Positions 23,831 through 34,768 of a stretch of 64,000 nt of DNA are shown here, in pieces (position 1 is the first letter of the stretch; every line of letters starts with the position of its first letter). This stretch comes from Macrostomum hystrix. Taxonomy: Eukaryota; Animalia; Platyhelminthes. The notes under the pieces were generated by a model. That model was given only the letters and a program-made list of their open reading frames with translations. It did not search any database and was not told the origin of the DNA. The position numbers and the translations under genes are program-made. Location of the stretch: positions 27,590,001-27,654,000 of the forward strand of contig CATNEN010000038.1 of assembly GCA_950097015.1 (NCBI GenBank). The letters are read 5' to 3'.

Positions 23831-24714
23831 CAATATTCTCCTCTCTTATAAAATGAACAACGCAATATACTCCTTTCAGAAGGCACTCTTTTTTTATGTC
23901 TTGAACACACTTATGATTCTGACTCTTAAAGCACTGTAAAGCAAGTAGCCAGCGAATAGCGCCTTCGAACGGCCTTCTTTATTTTTGGTCACAGATTGCA
24001 GCTATTTATATACAGTAAATACTTAGCGTTTGTTTAAATTAAAACATTTTACATAAAAATATTTACACGGTAAAAAGTAAAACAAAATATTTTTGGCGCA
24101 TTTTTGATTTTTTAATTTTTACTAATTTTATAATGTAAGAAATGGTAAAACGTATATACAAAAATGAAAACCTTTAAAACACACTACCACATAAATATTG
24201 TATTATGTTTCAAGCATATTTCTTGCACGTATAAGTGACCTTGAGCAAGATGTACTGCTGTTAACTGATCAACATGTGCCAGTGCGTGCTATTGACAGCC
24301 TTTTTTAATGGTGCGACACGGCTTTGCCAAGTATTTGTATTCTTCTTTTGTTAATCCTCTAATCGCAACCTAGCTAATATAAATCACTGCTGACTTACCT
24401 GGGCAAAAATTGTCCATACTTCCAATGTGGTGAAAGTATTTCATGACGTCAAAAAAAGTACGAGAAGGACTCCTAACGCTATTTTCCCACTGGGGAAAGA
24501 CCACGGGTAAGAGTGGGGAAAGAGTGGGTATTTCAAATACCCACTGCAAACTTCACACGCCATGGCTCCTAAGCAGAATGACCGATTTTTTATTTTTAAT
24601 TTTGGTGACGATAGCTTGTAACTAAGTCGCTAATGCGAGATGCAGAAGGGAACGCAAGAAGGTGAATATATTTGCGAGGGGCTGGGCCTCGCGCACTTGT
24701 TAAGTTGGGTAAGC

Positions 24715-25220
24715 AGCAGCTTAAGCAGCGGCATCGGTCAGAACAGTCTATGGCTGCTTAAGCAGCGGCATCGGTCAGAACAGACTATGGCTGCTTAAGC
24801 AGCGGCATCGGTCAGAACAGTCTATGGCTGCTTAAGCAGCGGCATCGGTCAGAACAGACTATGGCTGCTTAAGCAGCGGCATCGGTCAGAACAGACTATG
24901 GCTGCTTAAGCAGCGGCATCGGTCAGAACAGTCAATGCTGCTTAAGCAGCGGCATCGGTCAGAACAGACTATGGCTGCTTAAGCAGCGGCATCGGTCAGA
25001 ACAGACTATGGCTGCTTAAGCAGCGGCATCGGTCAGAACAGACTATGGCTGCTTAAGCAGCGGCATCGGTCAGAACAGACTATGGCTGCTTAAGCAGCGG
25101 CATCGGTCAGAACAGTCAATGGCTGCTTAAGCAGCGGCATCGGTCAGAACAGACTATGGCTGCTTAAGCAGCGGCATCGGTCAGAACAGTCAATGGCTGC
25201 TTAAGCAGCGGCATCGGTCA
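24715..25220. repeat. 37-bp minisatellite GCTGCTTAAGCAGCGGCATCGGTCAGAACAGACTATG, about 13.5 copies
   Basis: Near-perfect tandem array. Each unit contains the 14-bp palindrome GCTGCTTAAGCAGC. Confidence 0.95.
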
Positions 25221-25628
25221 ACTAACAACAAAGATAGTTAAAGTACAGTATAACATTTCTCCCTGATCTACCTAGGACAAATAAAATTGCTTTGTATAAA
25301 CCTCTTTGATGAATTCATTTTGGTTCAATTATCAGAGATAAAAAAGAACGTTATAAAAAAAATAAACCTGTATTGATGGTTTTGTCATGGTGAATATCTC
25401 GACCATGTCGTTCGTTGTTTTGACGCATTCTGGAAGTGGTTTCATCGGATAGAGCATAAAATCCTAGCCCCTGTTTTGTATTTTTATGGCGATTGGTTGA
25501 ATATTTCGGCAGAAAAAACTAAAATATGGGCATTTGAAATACCGCCGTGGTATTTCCACGGTTAAAAGTAAAAAAAGTGGTTAAAAGTGTGAGTGTGTGC
25601 CAGTGTAAATTATCCGTGCGTAATATAG

Positions 25629-26179
25629 CAGTAGACCTACCAAGGGAGGCGATTCCGCCTTTGGGGGGACGCAATAACCTTCTGAAACAATAATCAAGTC
25701 GCCAGCTCTTCAGACAGTCGAGAGAGATATTCAATGGTTTTTTCGAAAGTCAGATTTTTCCCATAAATTTAGTGTATTTTAGCGCTAGTGCATTTCATAC
25801 ACCCCTATACACAAATTTGCACCGCGCCTCAGTGCGGCCTTGCCAGGCCTTCAAAATTTATCAGCATGTCACCCAAATGTGCCTGCATCATCTCCGTCTT
25901 CGGTGGTCACCTACCTTTATCTAGATTGACTTCTGGACCTTCAAGGGCTGCAACAGGTGGAACTAGGTCACTGTGGACACCCTGACACGAATTTCCCCAA
26001 AAACACTGATCAAGTCTAAATACTAGGCGTAGCTAAACCACAGAACACCTAGTCTGTCAGCCAATCAGTCACCACCCAACGCTGTTAACATTCGGGCGCT
26101 GCCAAAAATTAATTTCAACTGGGGGAGAAAATCCCCTTGGTATAAAGTTTGGCGGCAAAATGGCTTGATAGTCCTTCGA
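25629..26179. mobile_element. Non-autonomous TIR element (CAGTAG..CTACCAAG termini), copy 1
   Basis: About 550 bp homologous to 44135-44734. Its left end CAGTAGACCTACCAAG is nearly the reverse complement of the copy-2 right end CTTGGTAGTCCTACTG. Confidence 0.7.
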
Positions 26180-26695
26180 GCTACTATTTAAGGTGTCAGC
26201 GGAACGGCAGGATTAACTGCGGGACTACTGTCTCTCTATGATGGGCCCAAAGTCCTTCTGCAAAAATATATTAAAGACATTAGTTTTACAGAGGACACAT
26301 TACTTACTTTATATTTGTTTATTAAAATAAAATCATCTTAAATTATAAAAATCACATTTAAATTCTTAATAAAATATTTTACAAAACACCTGACGAAACG
26401 AAGGTAGCTAAAATATTCTTAATTTTGTTGGTTTAGTACTTTTCTGGATAAAACCAATTATATTTAAAATAGTAGGTCTTTACTAATAATTAATGCATGA
26501 CGTGGGTGTTGTTATGAAACGTGCTCAATTAACTGATGTTAGTAATTTATTCTTTAATGGCATAAGCACCTAAGACTGAGAGCAAATGTAACATTTCTAA
26601 AGGTGCCAACAAAACCGATCGTTACTGTGTGGTTCGAGTTTTTTGTTAAAACACTCTACCTGTGTCCGTGAACTTTATGACGATAATCTTCCGAG

Positions 26696-29600
26696 CTACT
26701 GTATGCTGGGAGTGGGCAATGGCCTCGAAGTACCCACCGAGTTGCCACCCTCGTCTGCGTTGTCGTAGTAGAGAGAGTCAGGGTGTCCTCGGCTGGGAGC
26801 TTGCTCACTGCTGATTGTCGGCAGCTCCGTGTTGCTCCTATCAGCCTGGGCATAGTCAGATTCGTCGCTGCTGAACTGAGGCACCAATCGGCGCAGGATC
26901 CAGAAGGTCAGCATGCCCACGATGACGCCAGGCAGGAAGAGCAGGCCGAGAAGGCTCGATAAAGGATAGGAAGTGGCAGTTCCACAACTCGACCCGACGC
27001 AGTCTGGTCCAGACCGCGCAATGCTGTTCACGCACTTGGGACTGCCGCAGTCGTCAGCTCTGCGGCACACTTTGATCAGACTTGATGTGGCCTGGCGTTC
27101 GCTGGCAAACAGCTGCTCGGCTGATGCCGTGAATGTGGACTTGTTCACACCATCAAATCGGCCAAACTGGAAAGGGCCGTTTAACTTTGCCATTGTTTCG
27201 CGTTGCATGTTTCATCCGTACTTCTATGAGTAGAGTACGGCGAACGCTTGCAGTCTAATAAAAATTGCGCAAAGCGCAATGAGAACGCATCAACGAGGCG
27301 AGTACCCGATCGATTTAATGCTGGGAAAGCCTTTTTCACTTTCTGGTGAATACCGACTTTTAGTCACTAAAACCTCACACAACAGCACCATAGATAGAAA
27401 TTTACCTGCACAAACTCATAATCAGCCGAGCCGATCTTGCGGAACTGCAGCAGCCGCATCGGTGTTTTGCCCATCCGGTTCTCGAAGATCTTCTGGTAGG
27501 ACCATGCCGTGCCGTCGAAGGTGCCTGAGAAGCGCTGCGCTGTGGTGCCCGTGGCCGTCACCTGGCCGTACATGATGAGGTTGGCTCGCCGCTTCAGTGT
27601 GTCTTCGTCACCCTTGAAGAAGTCCGGACAGGCGGGCTCGGGCGTCACCACCGAGCAGAGGTACTTGATGGCCGTCAGGCTGCCGAGAAGCAGCGTCTCG
27701 GTGGCCGTCATCACGAAAACGGTTCTCGACTCGAGCTGGCTCATCCGTTGCGACGCAACAATGCTGGGCACGCAGGGCTGGGCGAAGACTGCGCTGCGAA
27801 CGAAGCTGTCAGTCAGGTAGCACTGGTGCACCGACTCGAAGTAGAGCCGGTCCCATTGCGATAGGTTGTTAGAGTTGGCAGGCATGCGAGTCAGTGTATA
27901 GTTGAGGTAGTGGAGAAAGCCAGGCTCAGGAGTCGAGACAAGCTCCACCATCGTTGTGCCAACTCCGAGATTGTTCTTGCCAGTGAATAACGCTTTGCTG
28001 ACATCTTCTGCACCCAGAATTGTTATGAACTCGAGGTCGGTCTCAACCTTAAAACAGAACATTTTGTTATTCTTCACTTGTAAGGCAACTTAAATTCAAT
28101 GACACTCCTGGCCTTCCTGCCAAAGCAGTTGAAACAAGCATAGCTAATTTCACTTCCAATTCGATAGATATCGTACCACCCGTTCAAATAATGGAACGAA
28201 AAAAAGATACCTGTGTTGCAGCGGAATAAATGTCTATCTAATTAACAGTAGAAACACCGCGGGGTATTTGAATCGACCACGTTTATCTTTTTCAATCGCC
28301 AAAAAAGGCGTAAATTTTCTGTTTACAAAAATTGTTCATGGGGCCATGTCGGCTCCATAAACTATGTCAATCAGTCGCAGGGACCTTTGTTCTCAGCATC
28401 CCCGTCACGGTCCTCTTCATCGCCGTCTGGAGCATTGGTGGCGACCGTCGGCATCTCAAACAAAAGTACTTGATCGGCATCTCAAATACGATGCGTTCCC
28501 AAACCTGACATTAAAGAATCCTCTTCTGCATGCATTCTTCAGTCAGTAGACATAATCGGTGAATTAAATTGACCTTTTAGGCTGATCTGTAGACATACAT
28601 ACCTTTAGACATACATACATGTAGCTGACCTGACCATTGAGGTTTCTACAGAGCAATGCTTGGCCTTGTCAGGAAGGTCTTCGACAAGCATCACTGAATA
28701 AGTCGATGATGCTGACGTTAGACGGCTTTGAATCGGCTAGTGCTACGGCTGATTAAGCTGTTCAGAAAAAGCGGAAAGTTTCTTTTCCACATGTGGATTT
28801 CATGAAAATCAGTCATTGGGTTTGGGAGCTGTTGCGAAGAAGGCAGTGAGTGGTTGAAATTTCCCGTGGTCATTTCCCAGAGTAAAAGATCGTGGTCTTT
28901 ACGTAGTCTAGCAAAGTACATTATAGACACGTCGGTTACGAGAGACCAGACGTAATAGAGAACAGCTGGCCTGATGCCTAAGTTATTCCTATCCAAATCG
29001 TTTGAAAATAACTTTACAAAAACAATGTGAATGCGTAAAGACAGCAGGCACATTACCTGAGGATAGTCGAGAAATGAGCTGAGGTCATTTTTGTCGCACA
29101 GAAACGCAACGTAGCGAGTGCCAGCGCCGCGCATTTCATTGGCGAGGCCGCGCTTGCAAGCAACATCCGCGTAGCCGCAGTTTAGCGCCAATAGTTTGGC
29201 TATGCAAATTCTATCTCTGCTGGCTTTGGCTAACATTGCATCGCGCAGTGAGATGCCATAGGCATTGGTTGAGTGGGCAACAGTTATCAAGTCGACATTG
29301 TAGTGCTTTATGATAGTGATCATTGCTTCGACAATTTCATTATCTGACGAAACCGTTCGCATTGTGTAAGGATACTGAAATACATCACTGAGCGCTGTAG
29401 ATGTCGATGCAAAGCTTATTATTGGCAAATTATACTGTTTTAATAGCTGACTGGCAGCCATTGTTTGGGTACTTGACGCCTCGCCAATAAAGCCAACAAA
29501 ATTGGTGTAGTTTAGGCTTAAGAGAGGATCCAGCCTTCCATTCAGCAATAGAGCTAGCCTGCTTGACAGTAGGGGGGCCGAGTAGCAGCTGTCAAGAATC

Positions 29601-32086
29601 ACGTAGCCCCAGTTGATATTCTGCGTGCGGCCCTGCTGCACTTTTCTCACCAGGTCGCGCAGGCCAAGCATGAACTCGGTGTCCACCAAAGAGCTGTCCA
29701 CACCTAGAGGAGGACTTGTTCCGCCGTCACTTGTCCAGGTCGCAAGCTTTAAGACGTACTTGAAGGCTGTTGTCCACTCAGGTGTTCGATCGTCAAATTT
29801 TCCATCGGAGCACTGGTAGGGATCTGAACCTTTACCAAACATTCCGACCAAAACACCAATATAGAGATCGCCATACTTGTAGTCCACATACTGCTTGCCA
29901 TGGTAATGGGAACACTCGGGACAGCTGGTGGGGCACACTGAGCCGTAGCTGTCTGCCTTCACCGGCAGATTGTCCGCGCTGCCGCCACTGAACTTGTACA
30001 GCACCGGCAATGTGCTCAGGTCCCACTCGTAGATCTGCTCACTGGAGCCCGCCTGCTTCACTCGAAGCTCGCCCAGCTTCACCAGCGATGCCACCGAGGA
30101 CGGGTTGAGCTGGCTCTGAAACACCTTCACGATCGGTTGCCAGAAGCCTCGAGTGCTGTGACTCAAGCCTCTGGCCAGTGAGTACTCTGTGAAGTTCTGT
30201 CGCACGAATGCGTCAACAAAAGGCACTGACAAGCTGACGTCGCTCAGGTTCACACTCTTTAGTCTGAGTCTCTCGACTCCGGTGGGCGAGAAGTCGACAG
30301 CGGAGCCAAACAGAGGCAGAAATGACAACAACTGAAAGTCGTACATGAGTGCCTGGAGGTAGCACGAGTCGCTGAAGTCAAGCCAGTTGCACAATGAACT
30401 GGTTGAACTCTTGAGAGACTGGAGTCGAGACCAGGTGCCAGTGAGCAATCGGTAGGCTCCCATCGACTCAGGACTGCTGCTCACGTTTCTCACGAGTCGT
30501 GCCAGTGTGTCTGAAGCCGGATTCGGGTCGATGACTCCGGGAAACACAAAGATTGTTCCCAGACCGAAGTGCTGCCTCCTCACAGTGTCTGTGGCCTTGA
30601 AGAAGCTTCCGAGTGCTTCGCCTACGAGCACAAACTGGTACCTCTTTTCTGAGTCGACTGTGGTCGTATCCGAGCCAGTGACCAGATCCCACAGCGTCAG
30701 AAACGTGCTCCCGGATCCTGAGAACACAACAGTCAGGCGGGCCATTGCTGGGTATGCGAATGCTTTTAGAGCTCTGGCAGCGTCTGTGGCGTTGCTGCTA
30801 GTGAAGCTGATCACGATGGGGAAGCAGACTCTCTGGTCTGCCTTGGCCATGTCCAGGAGAGCTTGGGAGAACCGCACCGCTCCATCTTCGGCCTCGATCA
30901 TAACGACGATATAGCTCCAGCCCATTTGTACTGACAGTCTGTAGACGGCCTGGGTGAGACGAAGCATGAATTACAGCTTTTTAAATATTCGGTGATAAAT
31001 ATTCGACAGGTTGCAATCTGTAGAATGGTTCACTTACATGTGCAATTTCACTGTGCGATGGTCCAGCAGTTGTTATAAGTGTGTGGGCCTTTTCAAAGTA
31101 GCCCCTGGCTGGTGTAAAAGCTGGGTTCTGATAGTCAAGCAGAGCTGGCGTCGCGGTCACTGCGTTGACCTGAGCATCTATTTTCAGCATATTGTAGTAG
31201 GACTGCATAAAATTGATTTCCCCGCTATTATGCGGGTTCAAGCAGACTGAAATTTATTTTATTTAGCTTTGATTTTGTTTTTTGATTCTGACTCGATAAA
31301 ATACTTTTAATGGATTTCACTTACCTTTTCCAGCATTGGCTTCCAGAAAATTTGAGTCTGCAAGCCTTGTATTCGCACCGCAAGTCTCTGGCACTGATGA
31401 GTTTGTCTCTGAAAATAAAATGTAGGGTGGTTTGGCAGTGCCAGTCCATTGACTGGACAGCTGTACACAGCGTTTGGAAGGGATATATACCTGGAATATA
31501 CCTGGATAACATGGGTTCTTATTTTATCCATGGCGGCATTTCAAAAACCCTACGTATGTAGCGCACACGCACACAGATACTGTACGCAGACACAGACTCG
31601 CACAGGTGTGTACATCTGGCCTGACTTTCTCATTGTCAGGCAGTGCACACTCTCACTGCGCCTCGGAGGTTGGCCCTCAAGGGCCTAAATTGCACGACAA
31701 GCCCCCAAGCCTTCTTCCCGCGGCTGCGGCTCATAGCGTGGTCTGTCTACTGCTTATTGGCGTTAAATTGTCATCCCTCATTAATAATACCTGCCATCCA
31801 AAGAAACATGAGTACATCCACGAGCGCTTCAGTAGTGTGAGCATTCAACACGGGATTCAGCTCAGCTGAACAGCTGGTTCCCGCCAGCTTGCGCAGATTT
31901 CTCCAGCGAAAATAGGATACAGTTCCACTGCATTGGCCTGCATTGGTGGTCATTACGTTCAGATTGAGTCAATTAATCTTGCTTTCGAAGAGTCGCTCGA
32001 TCAAGAAACTATAGGTAGCGTCGAAACTTACCCATCAGAAAGCAAACTGATGCTAACGATGCGACAATGAGGACGAGAGTTCGCAT
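26696..32086 (-). CDS. Type-I membrane protein with two tandem class-C-GPCR-like Venus-flytrap (ANF-receptor) domains, a single TM and a short tail, ~1166 aa; exons 32086-32032, 31937-31791, 31408-31325, 31246-31038, 30949-29057, 28047-27406, 27166-26696
   Basis: Signal peptide MRTLVLIVASLASVCFLM. VFT1 contains GPSHSEIAH|AVYRLSVQMGWSYIVV. A CPTSCPEC linker follows. VFT2 has mGluR motifs GDLYIGVL, WGYVILDSC, FVGFIGEASS, PIISFASTSTALSD..YPYTMRTVSSD and NAYG. TM is LLGLLFLPGVIVGMLTFWIL followed by RR. Six GT-AG introns are phase-consistent. Confidence 0.82.
31560..31730 (-). mobile_element. SINE family B fragment in receptor intron 2
   Basis: Contains the CCTGACTTTCTCATTGTCAGGCAGTGCACAC and GCACGACAAGCCCCCAAGCC blocks. 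Confidence 0.8.
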
Positions 32087-32670
32087 CGCTGTTTGATTCA
32101 GCCTCGCATAGCAGACACAAATGACCGAATTTAGCTGCTACTTTGAATCAGGAGGCCTCTTGCGCGCTCAAATATTTCTAAGATTCTTTTGGGTGTACAA
32201 AACGAAGTAAAAGCACAATTGTCTTCGTTCTACAATAATACCTCTCGTTCTTCAGGGGTAATGCTAATTGTCCTGAGTGACAAAACTCAGTAGCTAAAAT
32301 ACAGTCCTACTCATAGGCTGACACAAGATTCTTGTGCTAGCCAGTTGTTTCAGCTGTGCAGCCTTCCGGAGGCTGGCATCGAGTTTTTATTCTTACTCTG
32401 TTCTTAGCAGTTTGTATTCAATCACTGGTGGATGGCTTGTTTTGTTTTTCACTGAAGTGATACAAAAAAGATCGTACGAGTAAGACGAAATATGTTTACG
32501 CTGGATGATGCTAAGTATGGAAGTAATTTAGGGCACGCTGAGAAGGAGCCTGTAGCCTATTGGATGGAGCTTCGCTATTTTGACTAAAAGTTCGAATCTT
32601 AGCCGAAGGGAAGGGGGAAATTGTTATTTTAGCAAGACACTTGATTCTCTCGTGCTTCAGGTCATCTTTG

Positions 32671-33335
32671 TGTTGTACCTGTGGTAGCGTGGCACACACA
32701 ATTGGTAAAAATAACCAAGACAGGAACTAGATTCCGAGAGAGAGAGATTATACCGGCCTCAACACTGAATGCTTCGTAGCAGTGGACAACCCGGTAGTCA
32801 GGCTAGATTACCTAGTTTCCTCGGTCGCTATCTAGGCTCTAGCAGTATTTTCTACTACTTAGACTCCCTGCTTCTGAAGCCTGGCGATGTGCAATGCTTC
32901 TAAATGCAACACACGGCCTTGCTTCACAATAATGTTAGCAGACAAGATACAAAGATTGCAAAAGAACGCAATCGATGCGAAACGCAAACGCATGAAGACT
33001 GGAGGACAGAAACGTGCCATATTCATACAGAAATCGTGCTACCATGATAACAACCCCATCTCAAGGATTCGTCGGACTGTGCTCTACTTATAGTAGGAGC
33101 ATTTGAGCGTTGTTATGCCAGTCTTCTTCCGAACTTAAGCGATTGCACCATGGTGTGCAATGTGACTCAGTGCGCAGACAGAGCTGGAAAGAGAGAGAGA
33201 GAGAGCGGAGGGGGTGGCGAGCGGAGGTGACAGTGCACGGGAAACACTAGCTACCAACCCCTAGCCCTCCCACAGACCTAGAACAGCCTGACTCACAGAT
33301 TGCCTGGAGGCTGCTCAGCAGTCTACAGCACATCA
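32671..33335 (-). repeat. 3' LTR (665 bp)
   Basis: Direct repeat of 41145-41807. Confidence 0.95.
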
Positions 33336-33742
33336 TTCTCCTCCAGCTAAAGGATGACGGTCAACACCGGCTGGCCGTCAGCCGCACTTAAACCAAAAAC
33401 AGGTAAGCAACGTTTCCTTTTTATTTCCTTCTTCTGTAATGGCGCATAAAGATGAAGCTACATGAAACAATGACCATCTTTAGTGGCGCACCAAAATTCA
33501 CACCGTAAACATGGAACTAACATCAACAGAATAAACATGCACAATCCGCACTAAAACAAACAAAAAGGAACACACCACGCTATGCACTAGCAAATAAATG
33601 GGCATGGCACATGAAAACTGGATGAGCATAAACAACATATTGGAAAACATGCAATTTTCAAGTCCGCACTATTACCAGCGCCATGCCTCAAGTTCTGGAT
33701 ATATGATGCACACACCACTCATTTACCTACTCACTTTGGCCC

Positions 33743-34768
33743 TCAGAACTGGGCCATACGTACGAGTGCCTCCGGATACCATGAGCACTCGACTAACTCG
33801 GTCACCGCCTGCCCATATCGGGCCATGAGATGGTGCGGCGTGCGGGCCGGTCCTCCCAGCACTCTTTCGGCTCGAGCAGCCGCCTCGTGGAGCATCTCCG
33901 TCCTCGTACCTCGCTGCTCTTCTGCGTAGGCTCTCTGAGCTGCAGCCGGCCACCCTTCGTCCATCTGCCCCCGGGCGGCCCGCACCAGAGATTCAGCCAC
34001 AGACTGAGTTGCGGCCTCTCTGTCGGCTGCCCGCATACTCCACAGGGCGCGTCTCTGGCGACGCCGCTGGGCACCTCCCCGACGCCGCCGCCTCTGCTGT
34101 CTAGGCTCCGCAGCATCGTCGCTAGATGATGAAGAGGAGCTGTGTGGCAGCTGTCCCTGCAGCTGCGCCACTCGCGGAGGCGCTGCAGGGCCTTCTACCT
34201 CATCTCCTTCAGCTGGCTCTGGGTCTGAGTCTGGGTCAGACATCCCTTCGTCGTCCGAGGGCATGCCTTCCTGTAACTCAGCCCATAGGTCCTCGCCTGG
34301 ATCGAACTGGGCTTCTACCGAGCCACTGCTACTACTACTGGACGCAGGTCTCCTAGCCTGCACTCCTGCCTCCGCGGTGTCAGGTGCTACCTGCGTGGCT
34401 TTGCAGACCCTTTTTTCCAATGGCCCTGACGCTTTAGCAGCCGGACGCTTGTGCGCTTGCTGTAACCGGGGTAAGGAGGGCATGAAGTGATGATGCCAAT
34501 TCGGCGAGCGCTGACCCAAAGGGAAGGGCGCACTTTGGCCGAACTGACTCCTAAGGATATCAATCCGCTTACTTACCCCTACGGGCTCATTGACCTTGCG
34601 GACCACTCCCATTAGGCGAGGGCGCGTCGGTAATCTCTCCTCTGGCCCCCAGTTCTCCTTGTCCTCTATTGATATTCTTTTATTTGTTGCAATTTCTTCT
34701 TTTCTTTTAAAGCGTCTTCTCCGATTTGATTCGGACAGGATGTCACTGAAACATTGTAGGTAGGCCAT
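33743..34768 (-). CDS. Retrotransposon ORF3 of unknown function (frame open from 34876; first ATG at 34768)
   Basis: About 340 codons open between pol and the 3' LTR, overlapping the pol stop. Acidic, Ser-rich and Arg-rich tracts. No signal peptide or TM. Confidence 0.55.
   Translation of the reverse strand: MAYLQCFSDILSESNRRRRFKRKEEIATNKRISIEDKENWGPEERLPTRPRLMGVVRKVNEPVGVSKRIDILRSQFGQSAPFPLGQRSPNWHHHFMPSLPRLQQAHKRPAAKASGPLEKRVCKATQVAPDTAEAGVQARRPASSSSSSGSVEAQFDPGEDLWAELQEGMPSDDEGMSDPDSDPEPAEGDEVEGPAAPPRVAQLQGQLPHSSSSSSSDDAAEPRQQRRRRRGGAQRRRQRRALWSMRAADREAATQSVAESLVRAARGQMDEGWPAAAQRAYAEEQRGTRTEMLHEAAARAERVLGGPARTPHHLMARYGQAVTELVECSWYPEALVRMAQF

Noticed and set aside
24715-25220. CRISPR-like array (37-bp unit with a palindrome)
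   Set aside because: There are no unique spacers and no cas genes, and the context is eukaryotic; it is a plain tandem repeat.
28718-29056. C-terminal 112 codons of the 749-aa ORF
   Set aside because: They follow a good donor (CAG|GTAATG), and VFT similarity resumes only at 28047, so this is read-through into an intron.
32887-33093. Identical 68-aa ORFs here and at 41361-41567
   Set aside because: They are incidental ORFs within the two LTR copies.
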